A stretch of 64,000 nucleotides of DNA from Octopus sinensis (taxonomy: Eukaryota), in the NCBI RefSeq assembly GCF_006345805.1, contig NC_043010.1:41664001-41728000 (forward strand). Reading direction: 5' to 3'. Positions within the stretch are counted from its first letter, which is position 1. The number at the start of each line of letters is the position of its first letter. The notes under the pieces are model-generated. The model ran no database searches. It was not told the origin of the DNA and worked only from the letters and a program-made list of their open reading frames with translations. Of the stretch, positions 13,008 through 25,119 are shown piece after piece. Position numbers and translations under genes: made by a program.

Positions 13008-13200
13008 TTTTATGCTTTTACATGTTTGAGTCATTTGACTGCAGCCATACTGGAGCACCGACTTTAGTCGAACAAATCGCCCCCAGGACTTATTCTTTGT
13101 TACCCTAGTACATATTCTATCTCTCCCTTTTGCAGAACTGCTAAGTTACGGGGACGTAAACACACCAGCATCGGTTGTCAAGCGATGGTGGGGGAAAAGC
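13005..13200 (-). mobile_element. SINE family B, 3' half
   Basis: Similarity to other copies in the window. Confidence 0.8.
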
Positions 13201-13250
13201 TCCCGCCATATATATATATATATATATGAGAGACCAAAGTGTATGTACGC

Positions 13251-13313
<63 letters not shown>

Positions 13314-13442
13314 CTAGTAGCATAAATAACCCGCGTTGCCCGGTATAAAGGTAATAATGAGTTTTCATTAAAAAATTTGATACAATCTGATACTCGACTG
13401 AGGAAAGAAAACTTTGGATGACCTGTTCTTGTTTTCTTTGTA

Positions 13443-14830
13443 TCGTCTATCTGGATGAGAAATATGGAAACACCTTCTCCACCTATATCCAGAACAACTG
13501 GAAAAGATACCTCGACGACTGTTTTATCCTCTGGGATAAAAGTATAGAGAAACTTGAGGAATTTAAAATACTATTAAATGGAATAAATGATAATATACAA
13601 TTCACGATGGATCATAACGAAGAAGAATTACCATTTTTAGACATCCTCATTAAGAAAACCGGCAACAAAATAGAGACAGATATCTATTATAAACCGACAG
13701 ACTCCAAACAGTACCTACCCTTTGATTCATGCCACCCACGACACACTAGAATAAATGTCCCTTTTTGTTTAGCTAGAAGGATTTGCACCATAATATCAGA
13801 CACAAACACCCGACACACACATCTCCAGGAACTTAGAACCACACTCACAAATAGAAACTATCCACAGCCCCTAATAGACAGTGCAATCCAACGGGCACTT
13901 AAATTAAGTATAGAAGACCTGAGACAAACAAAACCAAAAAAGAAAGAAGAATTAAAAACCCTTCCCTGCATCTCTACACACAACCCACTTAACAATGAGG
14001 CCTTCAGCACCATACTACAAAGCACAGCCCTACTAAAGGGAGACCCAAAGATGAACCGGATCCTCGAAACACACACCATCATTAAAAGTAAATGGCAACC
14101 AAAATCCTTGAAAAGGATTTTAAGCCAAGCTAAACTGCACTCAACATCAACCACAAAACCAGCAGTTAGAAAATGTGGAAGGCCCAACTGCGGAATCTGT
14201 GTCATCTTGGTAGCAGGTTCAGAATTTATACCAGAACAAGGCCATCAGTTCACCATTAGAACAAACTTCCCCTGTGCATCAGAAAACTTAATTTACGTCT
14301 TAACATGCGCAGGCTGCAATAGGCAATATATAGGCCATACGAAAAATAGCTTACGTAAAAGGATGGCGGTGCATAAATCACAAATTAGAAACCCTGAATA
14401 CCGGAAAATACCGGTCAGCGGACACATAGATAGATGTGCTGCAAATGAAAATCCGAAATTTACAACTTACCCACCTTTACAAATTCAGTGACAGCGTAAC
14501 CTTCACTCAACGCTAAAACAAAGAACTTTATTTCATCAAAAAATTTAGACCAAGTTTGAACACCCTGGGCTAGGAATATTAAAACAAAACATTGGTCTTC
14601 CGAAAAAGGAAAAACGAAATTCTACCACAACCACTACGACGGCTCCCACTAGCACTACTACTACAACCACCGTGGTCACTACCATTAATGCTACGATCAA
14701 CAGCCCCCTACTGCTACCACTGCTGCTACGGCCACAGTGAGAGAATTAAAATAGTGGAGGTGGGGGGAATTACAATTTCTCAGATCCTTAAACAGTCACC
14801 CCCCGCTGGCAGTGGTATGTCTTAGGGAAG
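13443..14830 (+). mobile_element. Penelope-like element, 5'-truncated (RT C-half plus GIY-YIG endonuclease)
   Basis: 357-aa ORF: RYLDDCF, LPFLD, SCHP, CxxxxCxxC, LIYVLTC..QYIGHT..RMAVH; frameshift near 14470, then PSLNT. Confidence 0.95.
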
Positions 14831-14864
14831 GAAGAATTTATAAAAAGATTTTTTTCTCTGCGAG

Positions 14865-15170
14865 CAGATCTGATTTTGATTCGTCAAAAAATTGATGACG
14901 TTTTACCTCCGTGGTCAAGCTTGTCGCCCTACTTGGTTGGTTTCCTTACAAGATACAGTTATGGGTCAGATCTGATTTTGATTCGTTAAAAAATTGATGA
15001 CGTTTTTCTTCCGATGTCAAACTAGTCGTTCTGCTTGGTTAGCCACCTTACAGGACACAGTTATGGGTCAGATCTGATTTTGATTCGTTAAAAAATTGAT
15101 GACGTTTTTCTTCTGTGGTCAAGCTTGTCGTTCTGCTTGGTTGGTTTCCTAACAGGATACAGTTATAGGT
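14865..15170. repeat. 3 x 102-bp tandem repeat
   Basis: Units start cagatctgattttgattcg at 14865, 14967 and 15069. Confidence 0.95.
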
Positions 15171-15551
15171 CTTTTCCTTATATTCGTTGAAGCTGGGTAT
15201 ACTTCTCCACTACACTCGACAAAACAGTAAGGAACGACTATGGACTTTTTCTATTATACTCTTTATAATATAATTGATAAGGTTCGCCTTTTTAAGAACA
15301 TGGATTCTATTGAATGTATATAGCATGGATTCTATTGAATGTATGTAACAATTATGAACTGTTCCATTATACTGTTTATTATAAATTTTTTTGATAAGGT
15401 TCGTTATTTCAAGAACCGAAACATGTAAAATTAAAATTTATCTAATATAGTGGCGTTTTCAAACTTCTTTTTTACAAATATATACCCACTCGTATACGAT
15501 CTACTCTTATTATAAATATATAAAAAAAATGTATGTATATATATATGTATG

Positions 15552-15597
<46 letters not shown>

Positions 15598-15599
15598 AT

Positions 15600-15830
15600 T
15601 GGTAAAAACGGTAAGATAACAAAAGAAAGAAAGAGACCTCAATATTATGTAAACAGAGCAAATTTATCTGTAAAATAATATGTGACAATTATTCAATAGC
15701 CACGATAAAACTCTGAGTTTCGGATGCCGAGGTGGAAATCCACAACACCATCTCTTCGGTTATCTCATATTTTGAGGATGCAATTTCCTCGTAAGGGATT
15801 GATAATAACAATCCAAATGCCAACTGACTT
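15600..15830 (-). mobile_element. Penelope-like 3' fragment next to (TA)n with a decayed hammerhead motif
   Basis: Minus strand ccgaaga-gatg..catc-cgaaactc at 15712-15762. Confidence 0.5.
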
Positions 15831-16448
15831 TATCAATAAATGGAAAGAAAGTTCCTCAATATATATGTATAAACAGTCTAATTAATTATAAAGTTAACAA
15901 AAGAAAATGGATGACAAAAAATGTAACAGCTACTTGGTTACATTTGTCTTTATCCCATCTTCCTCCCATAAACTTTTATAAATATATTATAAATATATTT
16001 TTCAAACGCATTTGATGTTTTAGCAATATTTCAACGATCAATATTAGCTAAATTTCAACGATCAATATCTGATCACATGAACTCCGCGTCCTAGTAAGCT
16101 GTTTACATTCGAAATTTTCTAACCACAGTCACCAAATTAGTTACTTCGTAATTCAAGATCGGAAAATATACTTACTTTTCTCTGAAGATACCCGGCAATA
16201 TATGGTTTATTACATCTATAATTGTTCGAATGTGGATGATTCAAACATACCGTGGGATCGAAACATGTGTAGGATGTTTTTTCGGATTAGTTTGGTTGTT
16301 TTGTTGATCCGGTTCTTTTTATCCTTATTCTTATCGGTATCACTTTTACTTTGCATTACTTTTCCGTTGTGACACAAATAAAATGAACCAAGTATCTATT
16401 ATATTTTTCTTCTCCATTTTCTTATACATATATACATATATATATACA

Positions 16449-16531
<83 letters not shown>

Positions 16532-16546
16532 ATATATATATATACA

Positions 16547-16578
<32 letters not shown>

Positions 16579-16860
16579 CATATATATATACACATAGAGA
16601 GAGGGGGAGAAAGGAGAGACAGAAAAAGATGCAAACTCGCACACATATATCCATACATTCATTTTACCCCTGCCTACATACATGCCAGGATTCCAAAGTT
16701 ATTTGACAACTTGTAGAAGGTACGGCACAGTAGGATTGAACAAGGAGCTGCGTGGTGTGAAGCGCACTTCTTAGCCACTTCGCCATGCATGCCGATTGTG
16801 ACATCGTAATTTCATAAGATATATCACCATACATACTCAGATTTTAAAAAATCTACTTAC

Positions 16861-17005
16861 ATTTGTTGTCCTCCATCGTTTGATACAACAGAATTTCTTC
16901 GTGTGTCAAATACAAAAATTGTACGAGATTGTATTTGTACAAGAATGCCATATTTCATAATAACATCAGACGTTCTGAATAACTGCAGCTTCCAGGAGGT
17001 CATTA
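16861..17005 (-). CDS. PAN-domain gene, putative exon 5 (phase 1-2): MTSWKLQLFRTSDVIMKYGILVQIQSRTIFVFDTRRNSVVSNDGGQQ
   Basis: Open 47-codon frame from acceptor tatatttcaaag| (weaker AAG) to strong donor AT|gtaagt. Confidence 0.45.
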
Positions 17006-17214
17006 CTTTGAAATATAACAGGTAAAATAGCAAAATGAATTAACAACTAGAAATTTAAAGAACTAGACAACAAATAAGATTACTTTCAATGTGCACCACC
17101 TTCTCCTTCCCTTAGAAGATTGGAAGAAATATCTGAACCCATATTGGCTAAAATATTCAAAAGTTTAAATGAAAAAAATTCAGATGTCAATATACAACGT
17201 TATCCTTAAAGACT

Positions 17215-17532
17215 CCGCCGGTTACGACGACGAGGGTCTCAGCTGATACGATCAACGGAACAGCTTGCTCGTGAAATTAACGTGCAAATGGCTGAGCATT
17301 CCACAGACACGTGTACCCTTAACGTAGTTCTCGGGGATAATCAGCGTGACACAGAGAGTGACAAGGCTGACCCTTTGAAATACAAGTACAACTCATTTTT
17401 GCCAGCTGAGTGGACTGGAGCAACGTGAAATAAAGTGTCTTGCTCAAGGACACAACGCGTCGCCGGGAATCGAACTCACAACCTTACGATCATGAGCCGA
17501 ATGCCCTAACCACTAAGCCACGCGCCCTCACA
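17215..17532 (-). mobile_element. tRNA-derived SINE (family D)
   Basis: Minus-strand head gtgagggcgcgtggcttagtggttagggcattcggctc..gagttcgattcccgg, then ccttgagcaagacact core. Confidence 0.85.
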
Positions 17533-18065
17533 TACAACGTTATAAGAGGAACAGGAAAGCCGAAAGAGAATGCGTGGTCTCAGACAGTTTCCAGACCATA
17601 TTTGTCGGAATTGCATAGGATTCATAAGGACCAATAAAAATTTATGTATGAGGATAAGCAAACTAAAACTGAGAGCTGTAAGCTGTTTTACAGGCTTTGG
17701 GAACAACAGAGTTCTTTTGGAAGTACCAAAAGATTTCTCGACCTTTTTACACAAGTTGGTCTATACAAGTCAAATGTGGCAATGAATTATAAGAATCTAG
17801 TGCCACAAGAAAGGAATATACTGAAATTAATCTGTTGTATGTTCAACAATAATTTTCGGAAAATTCTTGAGCATTGCGAACCTATATTGAAAGATAGCTG
17901 CGATAAGCGTTACTTACAAAAGACTTCTAAACATTGTATGCTATAGAACAGTTGTTGAAGTATCAAGGCGCAGGGGGGAAACAGCTGTATTACGAACTCG
18001 ACCGACCTATGTGCAAAAAAAAATAAACGATGATATTTTGATAATCATAATAATGTAATATAAAC

Positions 18066-18128
18066 CTTCTCCATTCTGTAAGGAAGACTGTGTTGTAGGT
18101 AGTATTGGATTTCCTGTTGACTGCTTTC
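18066..18128 (-). CDS. PAN-domain gene, exon 4 (phase 1-1 S/T/P linker): GKQSTGNPILPTTQSSLQNGE
   Basis: Acceptor ttttatatttgcag|, in frame with exon 3; donor AAG|gtttat is weak; read-through alternative ends at 18007. Confidence 0.65.
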
Positions 18129-18524
18129 CTGCAAATATAAAATAATTTTAATTTCAGATTTCATTTCCAACGGACAAAATAGGATTCAGTAGGTATTATT
18201 TTTAAAGTCTGGTCTCTTAGGCTGAACTGCTATGTTACGGTGATGTAAACAATCCAATATCGTTTGTCAAGCTGTACAAACATAAACAAGAAACGTACAC
18301 GCGTACCTCCACAGACACACGTACAGGCACACACATATGATTAGTTCATATTAGTCCGCAAGGAACATAATGGCTATTATAGTAGAAGGCACTCAGGTGT
18401 AAAAGTACACGAGTTAGGTTTCTGTCTGTACTTCTTGCAGAAGTTACATGATTTTATTGAAATATTCATGCATAAATTTATGTGCTTTTATATATCCTGA
18501 AAATATTTTCGATGCCTCAGTTTT

Positions 18525-19059
18525 TTAGGATTCAAGAGGCATTGTGTTTATCAACTATCTTCAGAAGAGCCACACCATCAATGGAGTGTATCTATGCCAA
18601 CTTGTAGAGGCAGTTACAAAAAGCTATCAAGACCAAACGACCTGGAAAACTGACGAAAAGGATCTTGTTTCATCAGGATAATACTGAAGCACACAAGTCC
18701 TGGCTTCCAGTGGTTGCTGCCCGTGTCTATGTCTTTGAACTAATTGATCGGCCTCCATTTTCTACTGATTTATTTCCCATCTGACTATCATCTGTACCCA
18801 ACAGGAAAAAATAGTTGGCTAGGAACCAGTATAGTAGTGATGGTGACGTCATATCTGGTGATGGTGACGTCATATCTGCAGATGATGACTTTTTGGACCA
18901 ACTGGATGAAAGCTTCTTCACCATTAGAATCCAAGAACGGCAACACCAGTAGGAGAAGTGCGGGGACTGCAAGAAGGACAATGTGCAAAAATAAATCTCG
19001 TTTGGTCACATTCCATGAGAGTATCTTGGTAATCCTATGAACTTTTCAGTTGACTCCCG
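18525..19059 (+). mobile_element. Mariner transposase 3' remnant with right TIR
   Basis: AIKTKRPGKLTKRILFHQDN..PPFSTDLFPSDYHL; ends gaacttttcagttgactcccg|TA. Confidence 0.9.
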
Positions 19060-19335
19060 TAAAATAAAACGAACTTCATTGTAATTCAATGATGTTACAG
19101 CCTTAAAATTTATATAAAACAAATAGTCCCATTATTTGACAAGAATTATTGAAATGGCGAATTTTTAGCATATTGAATTTACGAAACTCTATTACAAAGC
19201 GTCAAAGTCTGAAGATTACTAATGATTAAATAGGAAAATAGTTTTAACAAAAGGCAAATATCGCTTAAAACTGAATACATATATACCTGCATGCATACAT
19301 ACATACATACATACATACATACATACATACATACA

Positions 19336-19369
<34 letters not shown>

Positions 19370-19469
19370 CACATATACGCACTCATATACATACATACAT
19401 ACATACATACATACATACATACATACATACATACATACATACATACATCGTAAAGTCAATACCACCATG

Positions 19470-19720
19470 ACTGATATCCAATCTACAGTGGAGAAGGCTA
19501 GCCACTGGATTTGGTTAAAAAGAGACGATGAGCGATGGCTAGAAGTATATTGAGTTCTTCATAACCAGCTGATCTAGCAAGCGGGGCCTCATATCAGTGA
19601 GGGGGGCCGGTGCGCATTGATGCCGTCGAGAGGTAGGCCCCGAAACGGCGCGCATTCTCTCCTGATGACCCCATACACTTGTTAGCTTCCGGTATACGGA
19701 GCTTTTAACTGGTAGCACTT
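19470..19720 (+). mobile_element. Hero-like LINE 3' end
   Basis: TVEKASHWIWLKRDDERWLEV* plus 3' UTR, comparable to the end of 58500-60125. Confidence 0.6.
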
Positions 19721-20424
19721 GCATGTGCAAGTTGTTTGCAAGACATCATACATACACACATATAAATACATATATATATATGTACGTACATATATGTATG
19801 TATATGTATGTATTTATGTCAAGTGGCTCTTGAGCACTACTGGTACCATGTAATTCAGTACAATCTGTTACATGGTCGGGTCGTCGGCGACCAAACTAGC
19901 AACACTACCAAGCATGCTTGGTGAGGAAGGTGATTGTTGGACACCCAGCGGGACAATAAATAACACCCGTCAAAAGCTAGAAGAACTACAGTGTAATCAA
20001 CGGCCATTTAACAACATGTGTTTGTGGACATGTGTGTGGAGTGTTTGTTTGTGTGTGTGTGTGTGTGTGTATGTGTGTGTATTGTATATATTGTATTTCA
20101 AACTGTATGTGTGTATATTGTATATATTGTGCTTTAAATTGTATTTATTATATCTCAATTCTTATTCTTATTTTTGCTCAATTGTATCTTAATTTTTAAT
20201 TTTGTTTTATTTTACCCCCTTTTTTGTATGATAAATAGTAAGGGGTGGATAGAGCTCCTTTGTTTACCCAAGCCTCGGTGAAAGCAGTCTATCCAGGAGA
20301 AGGTAACTATGAATTTAAATACTTCACTTCTGTCTTGCAGTTAGCCTTTGACTGGGCAAAAAGCGGGAGAAAGGCACTGATATGAAACCTGCGACGGCAA
20401 ATGCACCCAATAATGCACTGTATG

Positions 20425-20482
<58 letters not shown>

Positions 20483-20523
20483 ATTTGTATACAGAAAGAG
20501 AGAGAAGTGAGAGAAAGCGCGCG

Positions 20524-20588
<65 letters not shown>

Positions 20589-20636
20589 GATATAAATAAA
20601 TATTTAGCTATAAATACAAGGATATATAAAATATAC

Positions 20637-20867
20637 CTTTAAGTTGATAACTGCTCCATCTTGAGTTTTTGGCTTCAAGATTTAATTGAGAAAACGTCAG
20701 ATTACTCAAGAGACACAATCCATCTGTTTGGCAAAAGGTAAATGATGAACACAGTGCTTGTTTCAGACAAAATAATTTGCATTCCTGTAGAGTGGAGTAG
20801 AATCTCTGGGTCGAGTATTTTTCGGCAAATGAAGCGCCCAAAATAGACATAATTTTTTCTTTGTTGT
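20637..20867 (-). CDS. PAN-domain gene, exon 3: PAN/Apple domain 2 (phase 1-1, 231 nt)
   Basis: ..STLQECKLFCLKQALCSSFTFCQTDGLCLLS..; acceptor ttttataacctag|, donor AAG|gtatat. Confidence 0.9.
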
Positions 20868-21270
20868 CTAGGTTATAAAAGAAATGTTTATTTAAAAAAA
20901 AATGTTTTCATAAAATATAACTTTAATTTCTATACGTTTTTCAAAGCAATAGTTTATAAGCTAATAACAAGTCAAGCTGGAAATAGATAAAACAATTTCA
21001 TTTAATTAAGTCGATGTAATTTAATAAGCAAAGAGGCTGGTCCATTCTTTCATAATTTAGTCTGAACAGAATGCTGTTGCTGTGAGTGATACTCACAGGT
21101 TAGCCTCAATCGAGCAAATCTATGACTAAAGTTATTCCAGCCATAAATCACCCAAATTTTAGAGGTTTCTCAGAAGGAAAGGTGTTAAGGGATATTGTGG
21201 CTGTTAGTTTTAGAAAATCAACTTGTCGGCTCATGAGTTTGGGAACAGTGCTTTTCCTATTCTTCTAGAC

Positions 21271-21471
21271 CAGTGCTTTTCAAACTTTTTGCTGGAGCAG
21301 AACCCCAAGAAAACATTCCACTGGTTCGAGGAACCCCTGTGCAATAATTTAATAGTCTTATGCACACATATCTGCACAGGAGACTTTAAAATTACTGCCG
21401 ATTTTAGCAGTTTTGTAACTTCTTGCGGAACCCCTGGACTGTACTGGCGGAACCCTGGTTGAAAACCACTG
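21271..21471. mobile_element. hAT (Charlie-like) MITE
   Basis: TIRs cagtgcttttcaaac / gttgaaaaccactg; 8-bp TSD ttctagac / ctctagac. Confidence 0.85.
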
Positions 21472-21924
21472 CTCTAGACTAAGTAACTTGAACGCATGGA
21501 AATCGACATCTTGTTCAGTACTTAGAATAGTTGTTGAATTTGTTCTGGAATACAATTTTCTGTTATCTTTACCTTTTTGTTGTCATAGTATTACATACAA
21601 TACAATAAAGTGTCGAAAATGTCCACTGTCCAACTTCGACCTGCTCACTAACAACATACCGCTGCATCCAATGAATGTTTGTCTTAAGTTTTAGCGAAGC
21701 AATATCACTGCACTACATTTGACATCAATTATTGTATTCACCATACACTCCTTTCAAGCGTACAGAAATTAACTTTACTTTGACATCAATTCTTTAAGGT
21801 GAATCAGCAAAAAAAACTGCATTTAAGCATGCACACCTCCGCACGTATGTATACATGCACATGCATATCTGTATGTATGTATGTATATATATATATATAT
21901 ATGAATTTTTTGTGTAATCAGATA

Positions 21925-23960
21925 AAAAAAACAAGGCTGTATAGATATTAGAGCATTTATAGATAGAAGGTCTTACAGCTGTTTCTAGAATATTAATTAA
22001 TAGTAATTAATATCCCTTCATCGGAGACGGTGTGAGAGGAAAAATTAAGTCATAGTTAGTTTCGATGTGATATAAATAGAGAGTGAGGTGGAGGACAGAA
22101 AATAGATGTAAGATATGTATGGGTATTGAGTTCATAAATCTGTTTTATAGGCATAATGGTATATATGTGTATTATTAAAGGCGGCGAGCTGGCAGAAACG
22201 TTAGCACGCCGGGCGAAATGCTTAGCGGTATTTCGTCTGCGTTACGTTGTGAGTTCAAATTCCGCCGAGGTCGACTTTGCCTTTCATCCTTTCGGGGTCG
22301 ATAAATTAAGTACCAGTTACGCACTGGGGTCGATGTAATCGACTTAATACCTATGTCTGTCCTTGTTTGTCCCCTCTGTGTTTAGCCCCTTGTGGGTAAT
22401 AAAGAAATAGATATATATGTGTATTATTCCAAAGTCCGTTGAGTAAAATCCAAAAGTCCCACAGAGTTTAATATGAGTCCATCCAATGTAAAGTTAATAA
22501 GCAATGTAAGCTTCTCTTAAAGTTGGTCCTTCCCAGTAGGGAATTTATATAGAATGTAGCATACCTTTATTTTCGAGGCGGTGGGAGAGAGACGGGAGGA
22601 GGAGATGAGGTCATGGATAGTGGAGGACAGTCTGTTGATAGTAGGCGTGGGTTGGTGGGAAGAGGGCAATAGAAGGAGGTGTCTTGAAGTTGGCGGAGAG
22701 CTTCAGCTTTGAAGAGGCCTGCACGCCACACCACCACGGCTCTACCCTTGTCAGCCGGTTTTATGATGATGTCTTTGCGGTGTTGGAGACATCGGTGGGC
22801 TGGGAGTTTGGCCGAGGAGATTTTAAAATGTCAGGGACACCAACGAAAGTTAAACCGGTCCACAACACGTTGGCAGATGCTTGCAAAAGGATTGACTGCT
22901 TGGAACTGGCCTGGTGCTGGTGTCCGGTGGGATGGTCGCCGGCCCAGGTCGGTGAAGCAGTCCTCTTCTTTAGATGCAGGTGGAGTGTTGTTGAATAGTG
23001 CATATAGTCTGACGCGATGCACAAAGCTATGAATATCAGCACGGGTCTGAAATTCGTTACTAGATAGAGTGAAGAAGGTGAAGCACAGACCCTTACTAAG
23101 AAGAGAGCGCACCGCCTCAGAGAGGAGAAGAACAATAGACTGAAGTGGGTAGGATGGATGAATTAGATGTGGGAAGGGTGGTAGGGGTAGTGGAAGGCTG
23201 GGAGGCAGTGGAAGGCTGGGAGAAGCGAGAGGAAGAGTAACTGCATGGGAGGGTTGGATTAACGGAAGGGTTGGGGCGACGATGAGGGGGAGTGTATCAG
23301 GAACGAAGGGGTAGAGGAGGGGGTGTATGTAGTGGCATGGGGTGTGTCAGAATGAAGGAGTGAGTAGAGTTTATGTTGTTTAGTACGAGGGAGTTACTCA
23401 TGGAAAAGATGATTTAAATTGATTATAAAGCTTAGAGTGGAATGTGCAAAGGAAGGTGAAAGACAGGAGAAAAAGGTGGAATAAGCGAGAGGGAGAAGGC
23501 GGTCGAGGGTGTGTATTTTGGAGAGATTAGAACGCATGGTGGCAACGCATAAGCAACGCCTGAGAAAGGAAACGCGTTTAGAGAATCGTCTTTTTTTGAA
23601 AATCAGTAGGGAAAGATTAATAGAGGGTTGAAAGTTGCGGAAAGAAAGCGTGAAAAGGTGTCTCTTTAGGCGGTAGTGAAAATGGAAGAGGAGAGATTTG
23701 CAATCGGGCTGTCTGGAAAAAAGGAGAAAAAAGAAAAAGAAAAAGAAGTAAAGGAGAGAGAAAGGCAAAGTAATGATATACGGAGTATAAAAGTTCAAAA
23801 AATTCAAAAGTCGTGAAGAGCAGAAAAAAGGAAGAAAGAAGAGAAAGGAGAAGAAAAGAAGAAAAAACGAAAAGAAGAAGAAAAGGAGAGAGAAAGGCAA
23901 AGTAACAAAGTTCAAAGAAGTTCAGGCGTCGTGGTATGTTGGAGCGATTTTTCATCAACG
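21925..23960 (-). mobile_element. Penelope-like element, internally deleted (N-terminal ORF plus 3' end with hammerhead motif)
   Basis: SLLSKGLCF..NEFQTRADIHSFVHRVRLY and RVSFLRRCL, typical PLE N-terminal motifs; hammerhead-like motif at 21970-22028. Confidence 0.75.
22179..22408 (+). mobile_element. SINE family A nested in the PLE
   Basis: Near-identical to 4673-4909. Confidence 0.9.
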
Positions 23961-24867
23961 TGAAATTCGTAAGTATATCCAGTGGTAAATCGGGTGGAGT
24001 GTTGGTAAGTAGATGAGAGGTGCAAAATGTTCAGGCAGTAGTTGAGATATGTAGGTCCAAAGAGAAGGAGGTTAAAGCAGGATAAAACTGGGGTGTCGAC
24101 TGTGAGCGTATAATATATAGTTAAAATTTACAGAAAAACAAAAGACGAAGACAGGTGTATAAACAACAACCAGGTGCATTAGTTTGACGCTCGGGAAAGT
24201 GAGAAAGTCTTTTACGATTCGAGCCAACGCTTTTCAACAGAAAGGAACACGAGGAAATAAACAGAGAGAGAATAAAAATAAAGAAAAACATGTGGATTTA
24301 GCGATCAAGCATGGCGACTGATTTGGAAAAAAGTTTGAGAGGGGAGGTACAAAGAAGGGGAGATAATAAAGTATTGGTGATCCCAAAACGAAGTTGAGCG
24401 TGCGTGTGTATGTATGTGAGAGTGTGTGTCGAATTTAATAATTAGATAACTTAATAGGTCTAATAAAATTTGTCTCAATTTAATACATGAATATAAATAC
24501 AGAAAGGTTTTCAATAGACATACAATTAAGATTGCTTTATAGTTTCATCCTTAATAGGAATTACATTACATAACTATTGTACAACTATTGTACAGCATGC
24601 TCACTGAATGGATCATTATTTATCTAGCGGTATTTCATCTACCTTTATGTTCTGTGTTCAAATTTCTCCGGGGTCGACTTTGCCTTTCATCCTTTCTGGG
24701 TCGATAAATTAAGAACCTGTTGCGTACTGGGGTCGAACTAATTGACTAATTTCAGGCCTTGCGCCTAGAGTAGAAAAGACTATTCATCTAATGGTACAGA
24801 CAAATACATACATAGGCAGATAGACAGCTCCGTAAAGTCAAGGAGGGATTGGATTAAGCTTACTTAC

Positions 24868-25119
24868 ATTTAATAAGTTGGTAATAGTTATAACCATTTA
24901 CTGGTACCAAAGATTCAGTTGCGGCACTTGTTGGATATATCATACATTGATTCAATTCTTCGTTGAAAACAAATGAGTGACATGTCGACCAACTCAGACA
25001 CCAGTTTGCACAAGCGCTACTATAAGTACCAGTGATATTAATTTCAGTGATTGTTTGAGATTCACTGCTAGATAACTTTGCAGATTGTACTTCAATAAAC
25101 CATTGTCCAAGTTGATAAC
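24868..25119 (-). CDS. PAN-domain gene, exon 2: PAN/Apple domain 1 (phase 1-1, 252 nt)
   Basis: ..YSSACANWCLSWSTCHSFVFNEELNQCMIYP..; acceptor tttttttgcag|, donor AAAT|gtaagt; absent from the ORF track because it has no upstream Met. Confidence 0.92.

Larger units (their letters stand above)
13314..15280 (-). mobile_element. Helitron-like element interrupted by a Penelope insertion
   Basis: 3' CTAG at 13314 with hairpin accgggcaacgcgggt; 5'-end-like tatattataaagag near 15260-15280; internal tandem repeats. Confidence 0.55.

Noticed and set aside
17917-18006. Exon-like segment with poly-T acceptor and gtaagt donor just after exon 4
   Set aside because: Needs a 59-nt intron, and the phase-1 frame hits a stop after four codons
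18788-19009. ORF MTKRDLFLHIVLLAVPALLLLVLPFL.., which looks like a signal peptide
   Set aside because: Antisense reading of the mariner transposase 3' end
19625-19675. GAAAC..CTGATGA boxes in the Hero 3' UTR (also near 58530-58560)
   Set aside because: The order implies a type II hammerhead, but the stem II strands do not pair (ggcccc versus cccc)
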